The notes under the pieces were generated by a model that worked only from the letters and a program-made list of their open reading frames with translations, ran no database searches and was not told where the DNA came from. Positions 10,453 to 20,947 of a DNA stretch of 64,000 nt are shown in pieces (positions within the stretch are counted from its first letter, which is position 1; every line of letters starts with the position of its first letter). The DNA is taken from positions 30,089 through 94,088 of the forward strand of contig CAVYPN010000009.1 in NCBI GenBank assembly GCA_963770365.1, in the 5' to 3' direction. Both the position numbers and the translations under genes were made by a program. This DNA comes from an uncultured Acidobacteriaceae bacterium (GTDB taxonomy: Bacteria > Acidobacteriota > Terriglobia > Terriglobales > Acidobacteriaceae).

Positions 10453-12489
10453 TCAGCTCTTAAGAAGAGGAAACGCCGTGATGCGCAACTTTGCGGTTGC
10501 ATATGGGATGAGCGTGATCTCTTCTTCCGGCTCGTTGCTTGCGACCGGGCTTTGCGGAGGCGGGTTCGCAGCCCCGTCTTCGGCGCGCCATGCAGGAACC
10601 TTGCGGGCTTTTACGCGAAGCTGGACGGGAGCGGTTTTTCGCGCAAAGGGAACGTCTCCGAGGTCGGATTCAGCAACTGCGATATGCGCGGCGGGATTCT
10701 GCGGATCAATGTTGACGGCGTAGTTCCACGGCGTGGTTGGATACACCTGCCAGTCTGCCGTCATGCCGCGATCGCGCAGCTTTACCCAGTCTTCTCCGAC
10801 GCCATACGAAAAGACCAGCGGGCCGCGCTCGATGGCGACGGAGTCGTTGAACCAACGGGAGACGCGCGGCTCCATCGGGAAGGTGAGCTGGACGCGGTCG
10901 CCGGATTTCCAGATGCGCTCGATGCGCGCGAAGGAGCCAGGAGTGGGGCGCGGTTCGGGGCGGCCGTTAACGACGATGGTGGCTCCCGAGGCCCACGCGG
11001 GGATGCGGAGTTGAAGCTGGAACTGAACCCGAGCAACAGGATTAACCGTGAACTTCACGCTGCCACGAAAGGGATATTCAGTCTCCTCGACGATGTGAAT
11101 GAGTGTGCCGCGTAAGGTGGTGCGAAGTTCGCAGGGCGCGTAGGCCGCGGCCACGATGCCATCGTTGGTATCGGTGTCCTTGTCGCCAGAAACCAGAAAC
11201 AAACTGGCAGCAAACTTGGGCCATCCCTGGTTGAAGTTGGCGGTGCAGCAGCCAAAGTTCGGTTCGAGGCCGAAGAGATTCGATTCCGGTCCATCACTGA
11301 CCCAGGGCTTGTGGTGCAGGCTGCACTCCACCTGGTTCGGCTCCTGGTTGTACTGGTGGGCCCACATGTCGTCGGTGAGCGTGCCGGGGAGCGCGTTGAA
11401 GGCGAGGCGTTCCAGGCGATCGCCGAATGCCGGGTCGCCGGTGATGGCTAACGCGCGCTCGAGTGAATACATGTACTCGACTACTGTGCAGAGCTCGGAG
11501 CCTTGTGAAGGATCGCGGCCGGAAAGGTGTTCGTCGCAAGAGAACATGCCGTTGGGCAGGCCGTGGTAGCGGTCGAGTTCGGCGACCATCTGTGCGGCGG
11601 CTTTGCGATCGATGTCGGAGCCAGACACTAGCGACCACACCGGGCCGGTCTTTATGGCTTGGCCGTTATTCACGCCGTGGGTTGAAAGCGCGAGATCTTT
11701 GAGACCGCCATTTTCATTGAGCTTGATGAACTCGGCGGTGATCTTCTGCTTGTACTGGAAGTTTGCATACTGCGACCTCCAGTCGTAGCCCTGCTGATGG
11801 AGCAGGCGTGCGAGGTCGAGCAAGTAGGGCGAGCCGGTGCGGTTGTAAAGCCAGATCACGCTGAGCAACTCATCCTGCCAGCGGAACTTTCCCCAGTCGC
11901 GCAACGGGCGCTTGGGGAGTTCGGCGAGTTGACAGCGGAAGTAGTGGTCCATGAGCGGCACGACGCGCGGATCGCCGGTTAACTCCTGGTATTGCGTGAG
12001 AGCTTTAAGCGCGACGATGCGCGGCCACCAATCATCGTTCGATGCGGGTCCGATCATGCCGCTGGGCGCCTGGTGAGTGAGGATCCAGTCGATGTATTTT
12101 TGTGCTTTCGCTTTCAGGCGCGCGTCCTCAAGCAACCACGCGAGTGGGATTAGCCCGTCGAGATAATAGGGTCCGCGCTCCCACGATTCGCCAGTACCGC
12201 CGAGCCAGCCGCTGTTGGGGCCGACGTCGGGCCAGGTCTCGTCGAGATGTCCGCTGAGGCCGCTTGCCTGGATCTCGAGCTGGCGACGGAGCCAACCCGC
12301 CGGACGCACGGAACCGAGCGGCAGGGAATAAAACGCGCCTGGATGAAGTGGCGCGCGGTCTTTCACCGTTGGCGAAAGTGGTGCCTCAGATCCGGCCCAG
12401 AGCGAGTGCGCCGGCAGCGCGCAGGCGAGGCCCGCGAGGCTGGATTTCTTGAGAAAGCGGCGGCGGGTGATGCGGGTTGAATGGGCCAT
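10453..12489 (-). CDS. GH127 beta-L-arabinofuranosidase-like protein with Tat signal
   Basis: TRRRFLK twin-arginine leader, WERGPYYLDG, HGVN, FSCDE, ELCTVVE, CCTAN Cys motifs, LIPY..AKLRIT.F. Confidence 0.9.
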   Translation of the reverse strand: MAHSTRITRRRFLKKSSLAGLACALPAHSLWAGSEAPLSPTVKDRAPLHPGAFYSLPLGSVRPAGWLRRQLEIQASGLSGHLDETWPDVGPNSGWLGGTGESWERGPYYLDGLIPLAWLLEDARLKAKAQKYIDWILTHQAPSGMIGPASNDDWWPRIVALKALTQYQELTGDPRVVPLMDHYFRCQLAELPKRPLRDWGKFRWQDELLSVIWLYNRTGSPYLLDLARLLHQQGYDWRSQYANFQYKQKITAEFIKLNENGGLKDLALSTHGVNNGQAIKTGPVWSLVSGSDIDRKAAAQMVAELDRYHGLPNGMFSCDEHLSGRDPSQGSELCTVVEYMYSLERALAITGDPAFGDRLERLAFNALPGTLTDDMWAHQYNQEPNQVECSLHHKPWVSDGPESNLFGLEPNFGCCTANFNQGWPKFAASLFLVSGDKDTDTNDGIVAAAYAPCELRTTLRGTLIHIVEETEYPFRGSVKFTVNPVARVQFQLQLRIPAWASGATIVVNGRPEPRPTPGSFARIERIWKSGDRVQLTFPMEPRVSRWFNDSVAIERGPLVFSYGVGEDWVKLRDRGMTADWQVYPTTPWNYAVNIDPQNPAAHIAVAESDLGDVPFARKTAPVQLRVKARKVPAWRAEDGAANPPPQSPVASNEPEEEITLIPYATAKLRITAFPLLKS

Positions 12490-12562
12490 AGGGACGTGAA
12501 TGCGATCGTCAACAGAGTAAAGGACCAGAAACGGATGGGGCGAAGGCGATAGAGTGATTGGC

Positions 12563-13549
12563 ATGAAAAATCTTCGGGCTCCGCTCCTCCTGTTCGCGCT
12601 TGTTCTTGCTTTCTGTGTCACTCCCGCAGCGCGATCGCAAGCAACCGCCCGCGCGGCAGACTCGGCTTCATCGCCGCAGGAAGTGATTATCGACACCGAT
12701 ATCGGCGACGACATTGACGACGCGTTTGCGCTGGCGCTGGCGTTGAAGAGTCCGGAATTGAAGGTCCTGGGCGTGACGACCACGTTCGGCAACACGGCGA
12801 TGCGCGCGCGGCTGGTGGACAGGTATTTGCAGGCCGTTGAGCGGAGCGACATTCCGGTTTTTGCGGGACCGATGACAAAAACAGACAACCTGATGACGCA
12901 GGCGGCCTACGCGAACCGCGCGCCCGAGAAGAAATTCGGTGATGGCGCGGAGTTTATTTTGCGTGAAGCGCGCGAGCACCCGGGCGACATCACGCTGATT
13001 GGCATCGGACCGCTGTTCACGGTGCAGGCGGCAATCGAACACGATCCGGCGGCCTTCAAAAAGCTCAAGCGCGTCGTCATCATGGGCGGCAGCGTATATC
13101 GGGGTTACGGACTGGATGGTCAGGGAAAACCAAAGCCACCCGAGCCGGAGTGGAATATCCTCAACGATCCTGCCGGCCTGAAGGCGCTTCTGGCATCAGG
13201 GGTGCCGGTATTCATGATGCCGCTCGATTCAACGCAGGTGCCGCTCGATGCGAAGGACCGCGAGGCCATCTTTGCGCATGGTTCACCGCTTACGGACCAG
13301 TTGACACTGCTCTATCACGAGTGGATGGGGGGAACGCCAAACCACAGCCCAACGCCAACGCTTTTCGATCCTGTCGCCGTGACATACACATTTCGTCCTG
13401 AACTGTGTCCCGCGAAGCCCATGCACATCAACGTCGATGACAAGGGGCTGACGAGTGCTGGAGAGGGAGCACCGAATGCGCAGGTTTGCCTCCAGTCCGA
13501 CGAGAAGGGTTTTCTGGATCTTCTTTTAGATCGATTGAACGGGAAGTGA
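12563..13549 (+). CDS. Exported inosine/uridine-preferring nucleoside hydrolase family protein
   Basis: DTDIGDDIDD motif, GN, MGG, EWNI..DP, LFDP; N-terminal signal peptide. Confidence 0.9.
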   Translation: MKNLRAPLLLFALVLAFCVTPAARSQATARAADSASSPQEVIIDTDIGDDIDDAFALALALKSPELKVLGVTTTFGNTAMRARLVDRYLQAVERSDIPVFAGPMTKTDNLMTQAAYANRAPEKKFGDGAEFILREAREHPGDITLIGIGPLFTVQAAIEHDPAAFKKLKRVVIMGGSVYRGYGLDGQGKPKPPEPEWNILNDPAGLKALLASGVPVFMMPLDSTQVPLDAKDREAIFAHGSPLTDQLTLLYHEWMGGTPNHSPTPTLFDPVAVTYTFRPELCPAKPMHINVDDKGLTSAGEGAPNAQVCLQSDEKGFLDLLLDRLNGK

Positions 13550-13647
13550 TGGAGAGACGGTCGCGAATCTGGGGAGAGTAACAGGCTGAATTTACGGGAG
13601 TTTGGTCGGAATCCGTTGAAGTGTGCCCGGTGTCACATGCAACTCCA

Positions 13648-13676
13648 TTGACAGCGCGTGAAAGTAAGAGAAAAAT
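13648..13676 (+). promoter_or_regulatory. Putative sigma70 promoter of the lipoprotein gene
   Basis: TTGACA (13648-53), 17 nt, AAAAAT (13671-76). Confidence 0.45.
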
Positions 13677-13733
13677 GGCGGGTCATTGGGATTATGACCC
13701 TGTCTCTGTGTGTAGGGAGAAAGAGTGAGAAGC

Positions 13734-14315
13734 ATGCTGAATTGGAAGACTTTAGGTGCGTTGTTTGTGGGTTTTTCATGCTTGGTCGTGGCGGGCTGCA
13801 AGTCGGCGCCGGATTTGACCCCGGCCCAGGCGCTGGCCCTGGTGCAGGCGAAATATGACCAGACAGCGCCGGTTGCGACGACCATCCTTGTCAATGAGGC
13901 GGGAATCCGTCAGGGGGTATCGGCCAAGTTGTGGGAGAGGACCAAGGTCTATCCAAACAAGCTTTGGGCCGATTTCAAGCTGACCCCGGATGGCAAGAAA
14001 GCCCTTACGCTGCCTGGAGGCGGCGACGTGATCGAATGGCGTCCAGCGAATCAGGATGACACCAATTACACCGTCGTTGTCTTCACGGTTGCGGCAAATC
14101 ATTTAAGGGCGCACGACATGGGCGATCTGCAGGATGAGATGCTTACTGGCTCAGCCGCGGCCAAAGAGGGCAAATACACCGAGGGCGTGAATCTGAATGG
14201 AGTGCCGCAGGCTCTCAATGATATTGCGCACCATCCGGGAAACAAGCTGAGCACCCGGAAGCAGGCGGATTTCTCGCTGGAGAACGGAACCTGGACGCTG
14301 AAATCGATCGAATAG
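13734..14315 (+). CDS. Hypothetical lipoprotein
   Basis: Signal peptide with lipobox VAGC followed by KSAPDLT. Confidence 0.8.
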   Translation: MLNWKTLGALFVGFSCLVVAGCKSAPDLTPAQALALVQAKYDQTAPVATTILVNEAGIRQGVSAKLWERTKVYPNKLWADFKLTPDGKKALTLPGGGDVIEWRPANQDDTNYTVVVFTVAANHLRAHDMGDLQDEMLTGSAAAKEGKYTEGVNLNGVPQALNDIAHHPGNKLSTRKQADFSLENGTWTLKSIE

Positions 14316-14322
14316 GCTGCCC

Positions 14323-14367
14323 GGCAGGCCGAAAGCGGGACCTTTTTCGGGTCTGCCTTCCTTCTCT
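14323..14367 (+). terminator. Probable intrinsic terminator
   Basis: GGCAGGCCGAAAG ... CTTTTTCGGGTCTGCC stem followed by TTCCTTCTCT, just after the stop codon. Confidence 0.5.
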
Positions 14368-14496
14368 GGATCCGGCTGGCCATCGAGCCATGGAACGCAA
14401 CCGGAAGCGCTGTGTCGAACAGCGGCACTAATACGGTTGTTTTGCGGCAGGGAGCCATCTGCGCCAGCAGAAAATAGGGGTGAGGGGTTGAATTCA

Positions 14497-14525
14497 TTGA
14501 CCCCACATCGGTTTCTTGTTATCTT
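14497..14525 (+). promoter_or_regulatory. sigma70 promoter of the str/ribosomal cluster
   Basis: TTGACC (14497-502), 17 nt spacer ending TGT, TATCTT (14520-25); extended -10 TG present. Confidence 0.75.
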
Positions 14526-14531
14526 TAAAAG

Positions 14532-15005
14532 GTTCCGCAAGAACACGCCTATCCGTGTGTGCTAACGGCAGGCGGGTAACGGGTGATCCCCGGTCAGCAA
14601 GTTTGTCGAGGATCTGCACCCGAGGCCGTAAGCAGTAAAGACGGCCAAAGTCCTTAAATAGCTCTCCTCTTGCGAAGGGCAGGGACAGATCGCAAACCCC
14701 GAGTGAAGGAAAGACGGGGAGGCGATATTCGCATCGGTGCTCGCGCGTTTCTCCACCTTGGAGGGCTATGCGAGCCGGAACCGGCGAAACGGAGTTGGCT
14801 TTTCCCGTTTAAGAGCGGAAAAACGACCGGCCACCGTCTCGGTTCTCGTCTGGTAGTGGAACGAAGGCAGACGCGAAGCAGCAACCTGGGCTTCCGTGCG
14901 CGTGCGCGCTGAAAAGTGCGTTCAGAGGGCATGGAGAAGCTCGAAGGTCTGCGCGCGGCTGTAAGCAGGTTGGCGTTAAAGGTTTTTGGGGTAAGGAGTT
15001 TCAGT
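14532..15005 (+). ncRNA. Long structured 5' leader of rpsL (candidate cis-regulatory RNA)
   Basis: No convincing CDS between promoter and rpsL; nested stems ACGGC/GCCGT (14565/14625), GGGTG-ATCC/GGAT..CACCC, CCCCG/CGGGG. Confidence 0.4.
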
Positions 15006-15401
15006 TTGCCGACATTCAATCAATTGGTTCGCAAGGGGCGCACGGCCCCGCGGTACAAGACGGCGTCTCCTGCATTGCAGGCCTCGCCGCAGCGGCGCGG
15101 TGTATGCACCCGCGTGTACACACAAACTCCCAAAAAGCCGAACTCGGCGCTGCGTAAGGTAGCCCGCGTGCGGTTGACCAACGGGATCGAGGTCACCACC
15201 TATATTCCCGGCATCGGCCACAACCTGCAGGAGCATTCGATTGTGCTGATCCGCGGCGGCCGTGTTAAGGATCTGCCGGGTGTTCGCTATCACGTGGTGC
15301 GTGGCACGCTGGATTCAGTCGGCGTGGCCAACCGGAAGCAGAGCCGCTCGAAGTATGGTGCGAAGCGCGCCAAGGGCGGAGCAGCGGCGGCCAAGAAGTA
15401 G
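15006..15401 (+). CDS. rpsL: 30S ribosomal protein S12
   Basis: TTG start after AAGGAG; [30 protein letters not shown]. Confidence 0.98.
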   Translation: MPTFNQLVRKGRTAPRYKTASPALQASPQRRGVCTRVYTQTPKKPNSALRKVARVRLTNGIEVTTYIPGIGHNLQEHSIVLIRGGRVKDLPGVRYHVVRGTLDSVGVANRKQSRSKYGAKRAKGGAAAAKK

Positions 15402-15476
15402 ATTGCGGTTCCCGGGCGGAGTGATGGTACCGGGACTGGGGCAACAGAAACGGCGCTTAGGCGCAAAGGATTTTGA

Positions 15477-15956
<480 letters not shown>

Positions 15957-16085
15957 TTGGGCGGGTACGGGGAAGAAAAGTTTTAGCCGGCAAGTAGATC
16001 GGTCCGGCGCGAAGGCCCTGAACGGAATGGGCCTTCGAACTGAAAGAAACGGCGGGATTGAAGCCCGCAAGGATAAAGAAAAACC

Positions 16086-18167
16086 GTGGCTCGCACCATA
16101 CCTCTAAGTCGTTGCCGGAATATCGGAATCATGGCGCACATCGACGCCGGTAAGACGACTGCGACCGAACGCATCCTCTTCTACACGGGCATCACGCACC
16201 GCATTGGCGAAGTGCATGAGGGCACCGCGACCATGGATTACATGGAGCAGGAGCAGGAGCGCGGCATCACCATCACGTCGGCTGCAACCACGTGCATGTG
16301 GAAAGACATCCGCATCAATATCATCGACACGCCGGGCCACGTGGACTTTACCGCGGAGGTGGAGCGGTCCCTTCGTGTTCTCGACGGCGCGGTTGCGGTA
16401 TTTGATTCTGTCTCGGGCGTGCAGCCTCAGACGGAAACCGTGTGGCGGCAGGGCGATAAGTACAAGGTTCCGCGTATCTGCTTCGTGAACAAGATGGACA
16501 AGAACGGCGCCGATTTTGAGCACGTTCTTGACACGATTCGCAAGCGGTTGGGCGCGCGCCCTGTGGCGCTGCAGATTCCGATTGGCGCGGAAGCTGGTTT
16601 CAAGGGTGTCGTCGATCTCATCGAGATGAAGGCCGTCGTATGGCACGACGAAACCATGGGCGCCGAGTATGATGTCCAGGCGATTCCGGCCGATCTGCAG
16701 AAGAAGGCGGAAGCGTTCCGTCTGCAGCTGATCGAAGTGATTGCAGAGACCGACGATGTGCTGCTCGAGAAGTTTCTCGAAGGCGAGACGCCGACCATCG
16801 AAGAGTTGAAGAAGGGCATTCGCCAGGCGACCATCGATCTGAAGGTCTTCCCGGTGATCTGCGGTTCTGCGTTCAAGAACAAGGGCGTGCAGACGCTGCT
16901 TGATGCGGTTGTTGACTACCTGCCTAGCCCGCTCGACAAGCCTCCGGTGGAAGGTATCGATCCGCACGATCACAGCGTGACGCTGATTCGCAAGGCCGAC
17001 GATAACGAGCCGCTGTCGGCGTTGGTCTTCAAGCTGATCAACGATCCGTTCGGCAAGCTATCGTTTATCCGCATCTACTCGGGTTCGCTGAAAACAGGCG
17101 ACACGATTCTGAATCCGCGTACCGGCAAGACGGATCGCGTTGGACGCCTGGTCAAGATGCACGCCAACAAGCGTGAAGACATTTCCGAGATCTACGCCGG
17201 CGATATTTGCGCATGCGTGGGACTGAAGGAACTAAAGACAGGCGATACGCTGAGCGCTCCCCAGCATCCGATTGCGCTGGGCGCCATCACGTTCCCTGAG
17301 CCTGTGATCTCGGTGGCAATTGAGCCGAAGACCAAGGCTGACCAGGAAAAGATGGCGATGGGGTTGTCTCGGCTGGCTGATGAAGATCCAACCTTCAAGG
17401 TGCGTACCGACGAGGATTCGGGTCAGACGATTATCAGCGGCATGGGCGAGCTGCATCTTGAGATTCTTGTCGATCGCCTGAAGCGTGAGCACAAGGTTGA
17501 TGCCAATGTGGGCGAGCCCAAGGTGGCCTTCCGCGAGACGATTCGCAAGATGGCCGAAGCGGAAGGCAAGTACATTCGACAGACCGGCGGCTCGGGCAAC
17601 TACGGACATTGCAAACTGCGCGTCGAGCCGAATACTCCAGGTGCCGGTTACGAGTTCATCAACGAAATCAAGGGTGGATCGGTACCGAGGGAATACATCA
17701 AGCCTATCGATCAAGGCGTTCAGGGTGCGTTGGAATTGGGCATCCTGGCGGGCTTCCCGATCGTAGACGTGAAGGTGATCCTGTTCGACGGCAGCTATCA
17801 CGAAGTCGACTCGAACGAAATGGCATTCAAATTTGCAGGTTCGATCGCATTCAAAGAAGCCGCACGCAAGGCGCACCCGGTGCTTCTTGAGCCGGTGATG
17901 GCGGTGGAAGTCACTGTGCCCGAAGAGTACATGGGCGTGATCATCGGCGACATCAACTCGCGTCGCGGACGGATCGAAGGTATGGAACACGCGGCAGGAT
18001 CGCAAGTCATCAAGGCGATCGTTCCGCTGAAGGAAATGTTCGGCTACGTGAACGAGATTCGTTCCTCGACACAAGGCCGCGCGTCGTATTCGATGCAGTT
18101 TGCGCGCTACGAAGAGGCGCCGCGCATGATCGCCGATGAAATTATCGGCCGTTCGCAAGGGAAGTGA
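16086..18167 (+). CDS. fusA: Elongation factor G
   Basis: [31 protein letters not shown]; 693 aa. Confidence 0.99.
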   Translation: MARTIPLSRCRNIGIMAHIDAGKTTATERILFYTGITHRIGEVHEGTATMDYMEQEQERGITITSAATTCMWKDIRINIIDTPGHVDFTAEVERSLRVLDGAVAVFDSVSGVQPQTETVWRQGDKYKVPRICFVNKMDKNGADFEHVLDTIRKRLGARPVALQIPIGAEAGFKGVVDLIEMKAVVWHDETMGAEYDVQAIPADLQKKAEAFRLQLIEVIAETDDVLLEKFLEGETPTIEELKKGIRQATIDLKVFPVICGSAFKNKGVQTLLDAVVDYLPSPLDKPPVEGIDPHDHSVTLIRKADDNEPLSALVFKLINDPFGKLSFIRIYSGSLKTGDTILNPRTGKTDRVGRLVKMHANKREDISEIYAGDICACVGLKELKTGDTLSAPQHPIALGAITFPEPVISVAIEPKTKADQEKMAMGLSRLADEDPTFKVRTDEDSGQTIISGMGELHLEILVDRLKREHKVDANVGEPKVAFRETIRKMAEAEGKYIRQTGGSGNYGHCKLRVEPNTPGAGYEFINEIKGGSVPREYIKPIDQGVQGALELGILAGFPIVDVKVILFDGSYHEVDSNEMAFKFAGSIAFKEAARKAHPVLLEPVMAVEVTVPEEYMGVIIGDINSRRGRIEGMEHAAGSQVIKAIVPLKEMFGYVNEIRSSTQGRASYSMQFARYEEAPRMIADEIIGRSQGK

Positions 18168-18172
18168 TTGAG

Positions 18173-18275
18173 GCAGTTCGCAGTTCAGAGTTTGTAGTTC
18201 GCAGTTGAAAACCGGGCCGATTTGGCACGGGGGCTTCAGAAGCGTGGAGAACTAAGAACTTCGAACTGTGAACTC
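18173..18275. repeat. Inverted heptamer array, class A (fusA-tuf)
   Basis: AGTTCGC AGTTCAG AGTTTGT AGTTCGC AGTT - spacer - AACTAAG AACTTCG AACTGTG AACT. Confidence 0.9.
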
Positions 18276-18361
18276 AGATCTGGTTTTGGGGCTGGAGCCG
18301 GACAGCCGGCGCTCCTGGGAGCAACGGGCAGTAGAGCCACTGAAAGGGACTTGGATTTCTT

Positions 18362-19550
18362 ATGGCGAAGGAAAAATTTGATCGTTCGAAGCCGCATGTG
18401 AACGTGGGAACGATTGGCCACATCGATCACGGCAAGACGACGTTGACGGCGGCGATCACGAAGGTATTGCAGAAGCACAACCCGAAGAACACGTTCCGTT
18501 CGTTTGATTCGATCGACAACGCCCCGGAAGAGCGGGAGCGCGGCATCACGATCGCGACGGCGCACGTGGAGTACGAGACCAAGAACCGGCACTATGCGCA
18601 CGTGGACTGCCCCGGTCACGCCGACTACATCAAGAACATGATCACAGGCGCGGCGCAGATGGACGGCGCCATTCTGGTAGTGGCAGCGACTGACGGCCCG
18701 ATGCCGCAGACCAAGGAGCACGTTCTGCTGGCTCGCCAGGTAGGCGTGCCCTGCATCGTGGTGTTCCTGAACAAGTGCGATGCGGTCGAAGACGAAGAGC
18801 TGACGGACCTGGTTGAGATGGAAGTCCGCGAGCTGCTGTCGAAGTACCAGTTCCCGGGCGACGATGTTCCGGTCATCCGCGGTTCTGCTCTCGGAGCGCC
18901 TGAACGGGGAAGCCAAGTGGGAAGCGCAGATTGACGCGCTGATGGATGCGGTCGACCAGTACGTTCCGCAGCCGGAGCGCGCCGTGAACCTGCCCTTCCT
19001 GATGCCGATCGAAGATATCTTCTCGATCTCGGGACGCGGCACAGTAGTCACGGGAAGAATCGAACGCGGCAAGGTGAAGGTGGGCGAGGACGTCGAGATT
19101 GTCGGCTTCCGCGAGACCCGCAAGTCGGTTTGCACGGGCGTGGAAATGTTCAAGAAGCAGCTCGATGAAGGCCTGGCGGGCGATAACGCCGGCATCCTGC
19201 TGCGCGGCATTCCGAAAGAGGATGTCGAGCGCGGCATGGTTCTGGCGAAGCCGGGATCGATCACGCCTCATACCAAGTTCAAGGGCACCGTTTACGTATT
19301 GAGCAAGGAAGAAGGCGGCCGTCATACGCCGTTCTTCAAGGGCTACAGGCCGCAGTTCTACTTCCGGACTACAGATGTGACGGGAGTGGCGGAATTGCCC
19401 GAAGGCACGGAGATGGTAATGCCGGGCGACAATGTGGCACTGACGATTGAACTGATTACGCCGGTAGCCATGGAAAAGGGTCTGCGATTTGCCATCCGCG
19501 AAGGCGGACGCACGGTAGGTGCAGGCGCGATTTCGGAAATTATCAAGTAA
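18362..19550 (+). CDS. tuf: Elongation factor Tu, apparent +1 frameshift at 18899-18900
   Basis: [24 protein letters not shown] in ORF 18362-18934; the C-terminal half (LNGEAKWE...[10 protein letters not shown]) is in ORF 18813-19550. Removing one C from GCGCCTGAAC restores GSALGALNGE. Confidence 0.97.
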
Positions 19551-19552
19551 CG

Positions 19553-19655
19553 AGTGAAGAAGTGAAGCGGTGAAATAGTTAAGCAGTGAAAGAGTGAATT
19601 GGCAAGTTGCTGGCTGTTCACTTTTTCACTCGTTCACCGGTTCACTGCTTCACCG
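19553..19655. repeat. Inverted octamer array, class D (tuf-rpsJ)
   Basis: Six 8-mers AGTGAAGA AGTGAAGC GGTGAAAT AGTTAAGC AGTGAAAG AGTGAATT, then five inverse 8-mers GTTCACTT TTTCACTC GTTCACCG GTTCACTG CTTCACCG. Confidence 0.9.
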
Positions 19656-19667
19656 AAGGGAAGCCAA

Positions 19668-19985
19668 ATGGTAGGTCAGAGGATTCGAATTCGGTTGAAG
19701 GCATACGACTATCGCGTGCTGGATACCTCGACCGGCGAGATTGTGGAGACGGCCAAGCGCACCGGAGCAACGGTGGCAGGTCCGATTCCGTTGCCGACGA
19801 TCAAGAACAAGTACTGCGTGCTGCGTTCGCCGCACGTGGACAAGAAATCGCGCGAGGCGTTCGAGATTCGCACGCACAAGCGGCTGATCGACATTCTTGA
19901 GCCGACGCAACAGACGGTGGACGCGCTGATGAAGCTCGATCTGCCGGCCGGCGTTGACGTCGAGATCAAGGCGTTTGAAAAATAA
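19668..19985 (+). CDS. rpsJ: 30S ribosomal protein S10
   Basis: [25 protein letters not shown]. Confidence 0.99.
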   Translation: MVGQRIRIRLKAYDYRVLDTSTGEIVETAKRTGATVAGPIPLPTIKNKYCVLRSPHVDKKSREAFEIRTHKRLIDILEPTQQTVDALMKLDLPAGVDVEIKAFEK

Positions 19986-20053
19986 GTTGCAGTTATCAGT
20001 TATCAGTCGTGCAGCAAGAAACTGAGAACTGAAAACTGAGAACTGAAGACTGG
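19985..20053. repeat. Inverted heptamer array, class C (rpsJ-rplC)
   Basis: AGTTGC AGTTATC AGTTATC AGTCGTG - AACTGAG AACTGAA AACTGAG AACTGAA GACTG. Confidence 0.85.
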
Positions 20054-20107
20054 ATTAGGTTCCGGCAGTGCGGCGCTTCAAGCCCCGCATGATGAGGTGA
20101 GGAAGAT

Positions 20108-20833
20108 ATGGCAGTCACAGGGATTCTGGGAAAAAAGATCGGCATGACGCAGGTCTTCGACGAGAAGGGCGATGTGCACCCGATTACGGTGCTGCAGGCA
20201 GGCCCTTGCGTGATTACGCAGCTGAAGACGCTGGCCAGGGATGGCTATGACGCGGCGCAGATTGGCCTCGTGGAGTTCATCAAGACGAAGAACGTCACCA
20301 AGCCGCAGGCCGGGCACTTCGCGAAGACGGAAGCGCCGCCGGTGAAGGTCATCAAGGAAGTCGACGTGGAAGCTTCTCCGGAAGGCGAAGTCGAAACCAA
20401 GGCAGGCGATCGCGTGCTGGTGGATATCTTCCAGGATGCAAAGTTTGTGGACGTGATTGGGACATCAAAAGGCCGCGGGTTTGCGGGCGTCGTTCGCCGA
20501 CACAAATTCGGCGGTGGACCCAAGTCGCACGGACATATGTTCCAAGTGCAGGGGTCTATCGGTGCATCCAGCTTTCCGTCGCGCGTGTTTCCGGGCCAGA
20601 GAATGCCCGGCCACATGGGCGCGGCGCAGATTACGGTTCGCAATCTGCGCATTCGCGGTATCGACCTGGAAGAGAACCTGCTGATGGTCGAGGGAGCGGT
20701 TCCGGGTGCGCGTGATGGGTATGTGCTGATTTCGAAGGCGAAGACGCCGCCGCGCGAGCGTCGTGGATTTGCCGGCTCGACCACGGTCGATCCGTTGAAG
20801 GCTTCGAAGAAGGCAACGGCGAAGCGTAAGTAG
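20108..20833 (+). CDS. rplC: 50S ribosomal protein L3
   Basis: GILGKKIGMTQ, DVIGTSKGRGFAG, GSIG, MPGHMG. Confidence 0.98.
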   Translation: MAVTGILGKKIGMTQVFDEKGDVHPITVLQAGPCVITQLKTLARDGYDAAQIGLVEFIKTKNVTKPQAGHFAKTEAPPVKVIKEVDVEASPEGEVETKAGDRVLVDIFQDAKFVDVIGTSKGRGFAGVVRRHKFGGGPKSHGHMFQVQGSIGASSFPSRVFPGQRMPGHMGAAQITVRNLRIRGIDLEENLLMVEGAVPGARDGYVLISKAKTPPRERRGFAGSTTVDPLKASKKATAKRK

Positions 20834-20947
20834 GCCACCTGTGGTGGGGCCAATCGCGCCTTGCGGCGCACGAGATGGAAGGCTGGCGGAAAGATGCCGG
20901 CGGAAGAGATTCAGGGCCGGGTGCAAGTCCGGCGGAAGAAGAAGACG

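Noticed and set aside
14916-15005. N-terminal extension of S12 and leader ORFs (14670-14912, 14916 start)
   Set aside because: The conserved S12 start (PTFNQLVRK) has a TTG with AAGGAG 7 nt upstream; the upstream ORFs lack an RBS and recognisable features.
18893-18934. Programmed ribosomal frameshift in tuf
   Set aside because: No slippery sequence or stimulator, and four similar single-base insertions elsewhere point to a shared technical cause.
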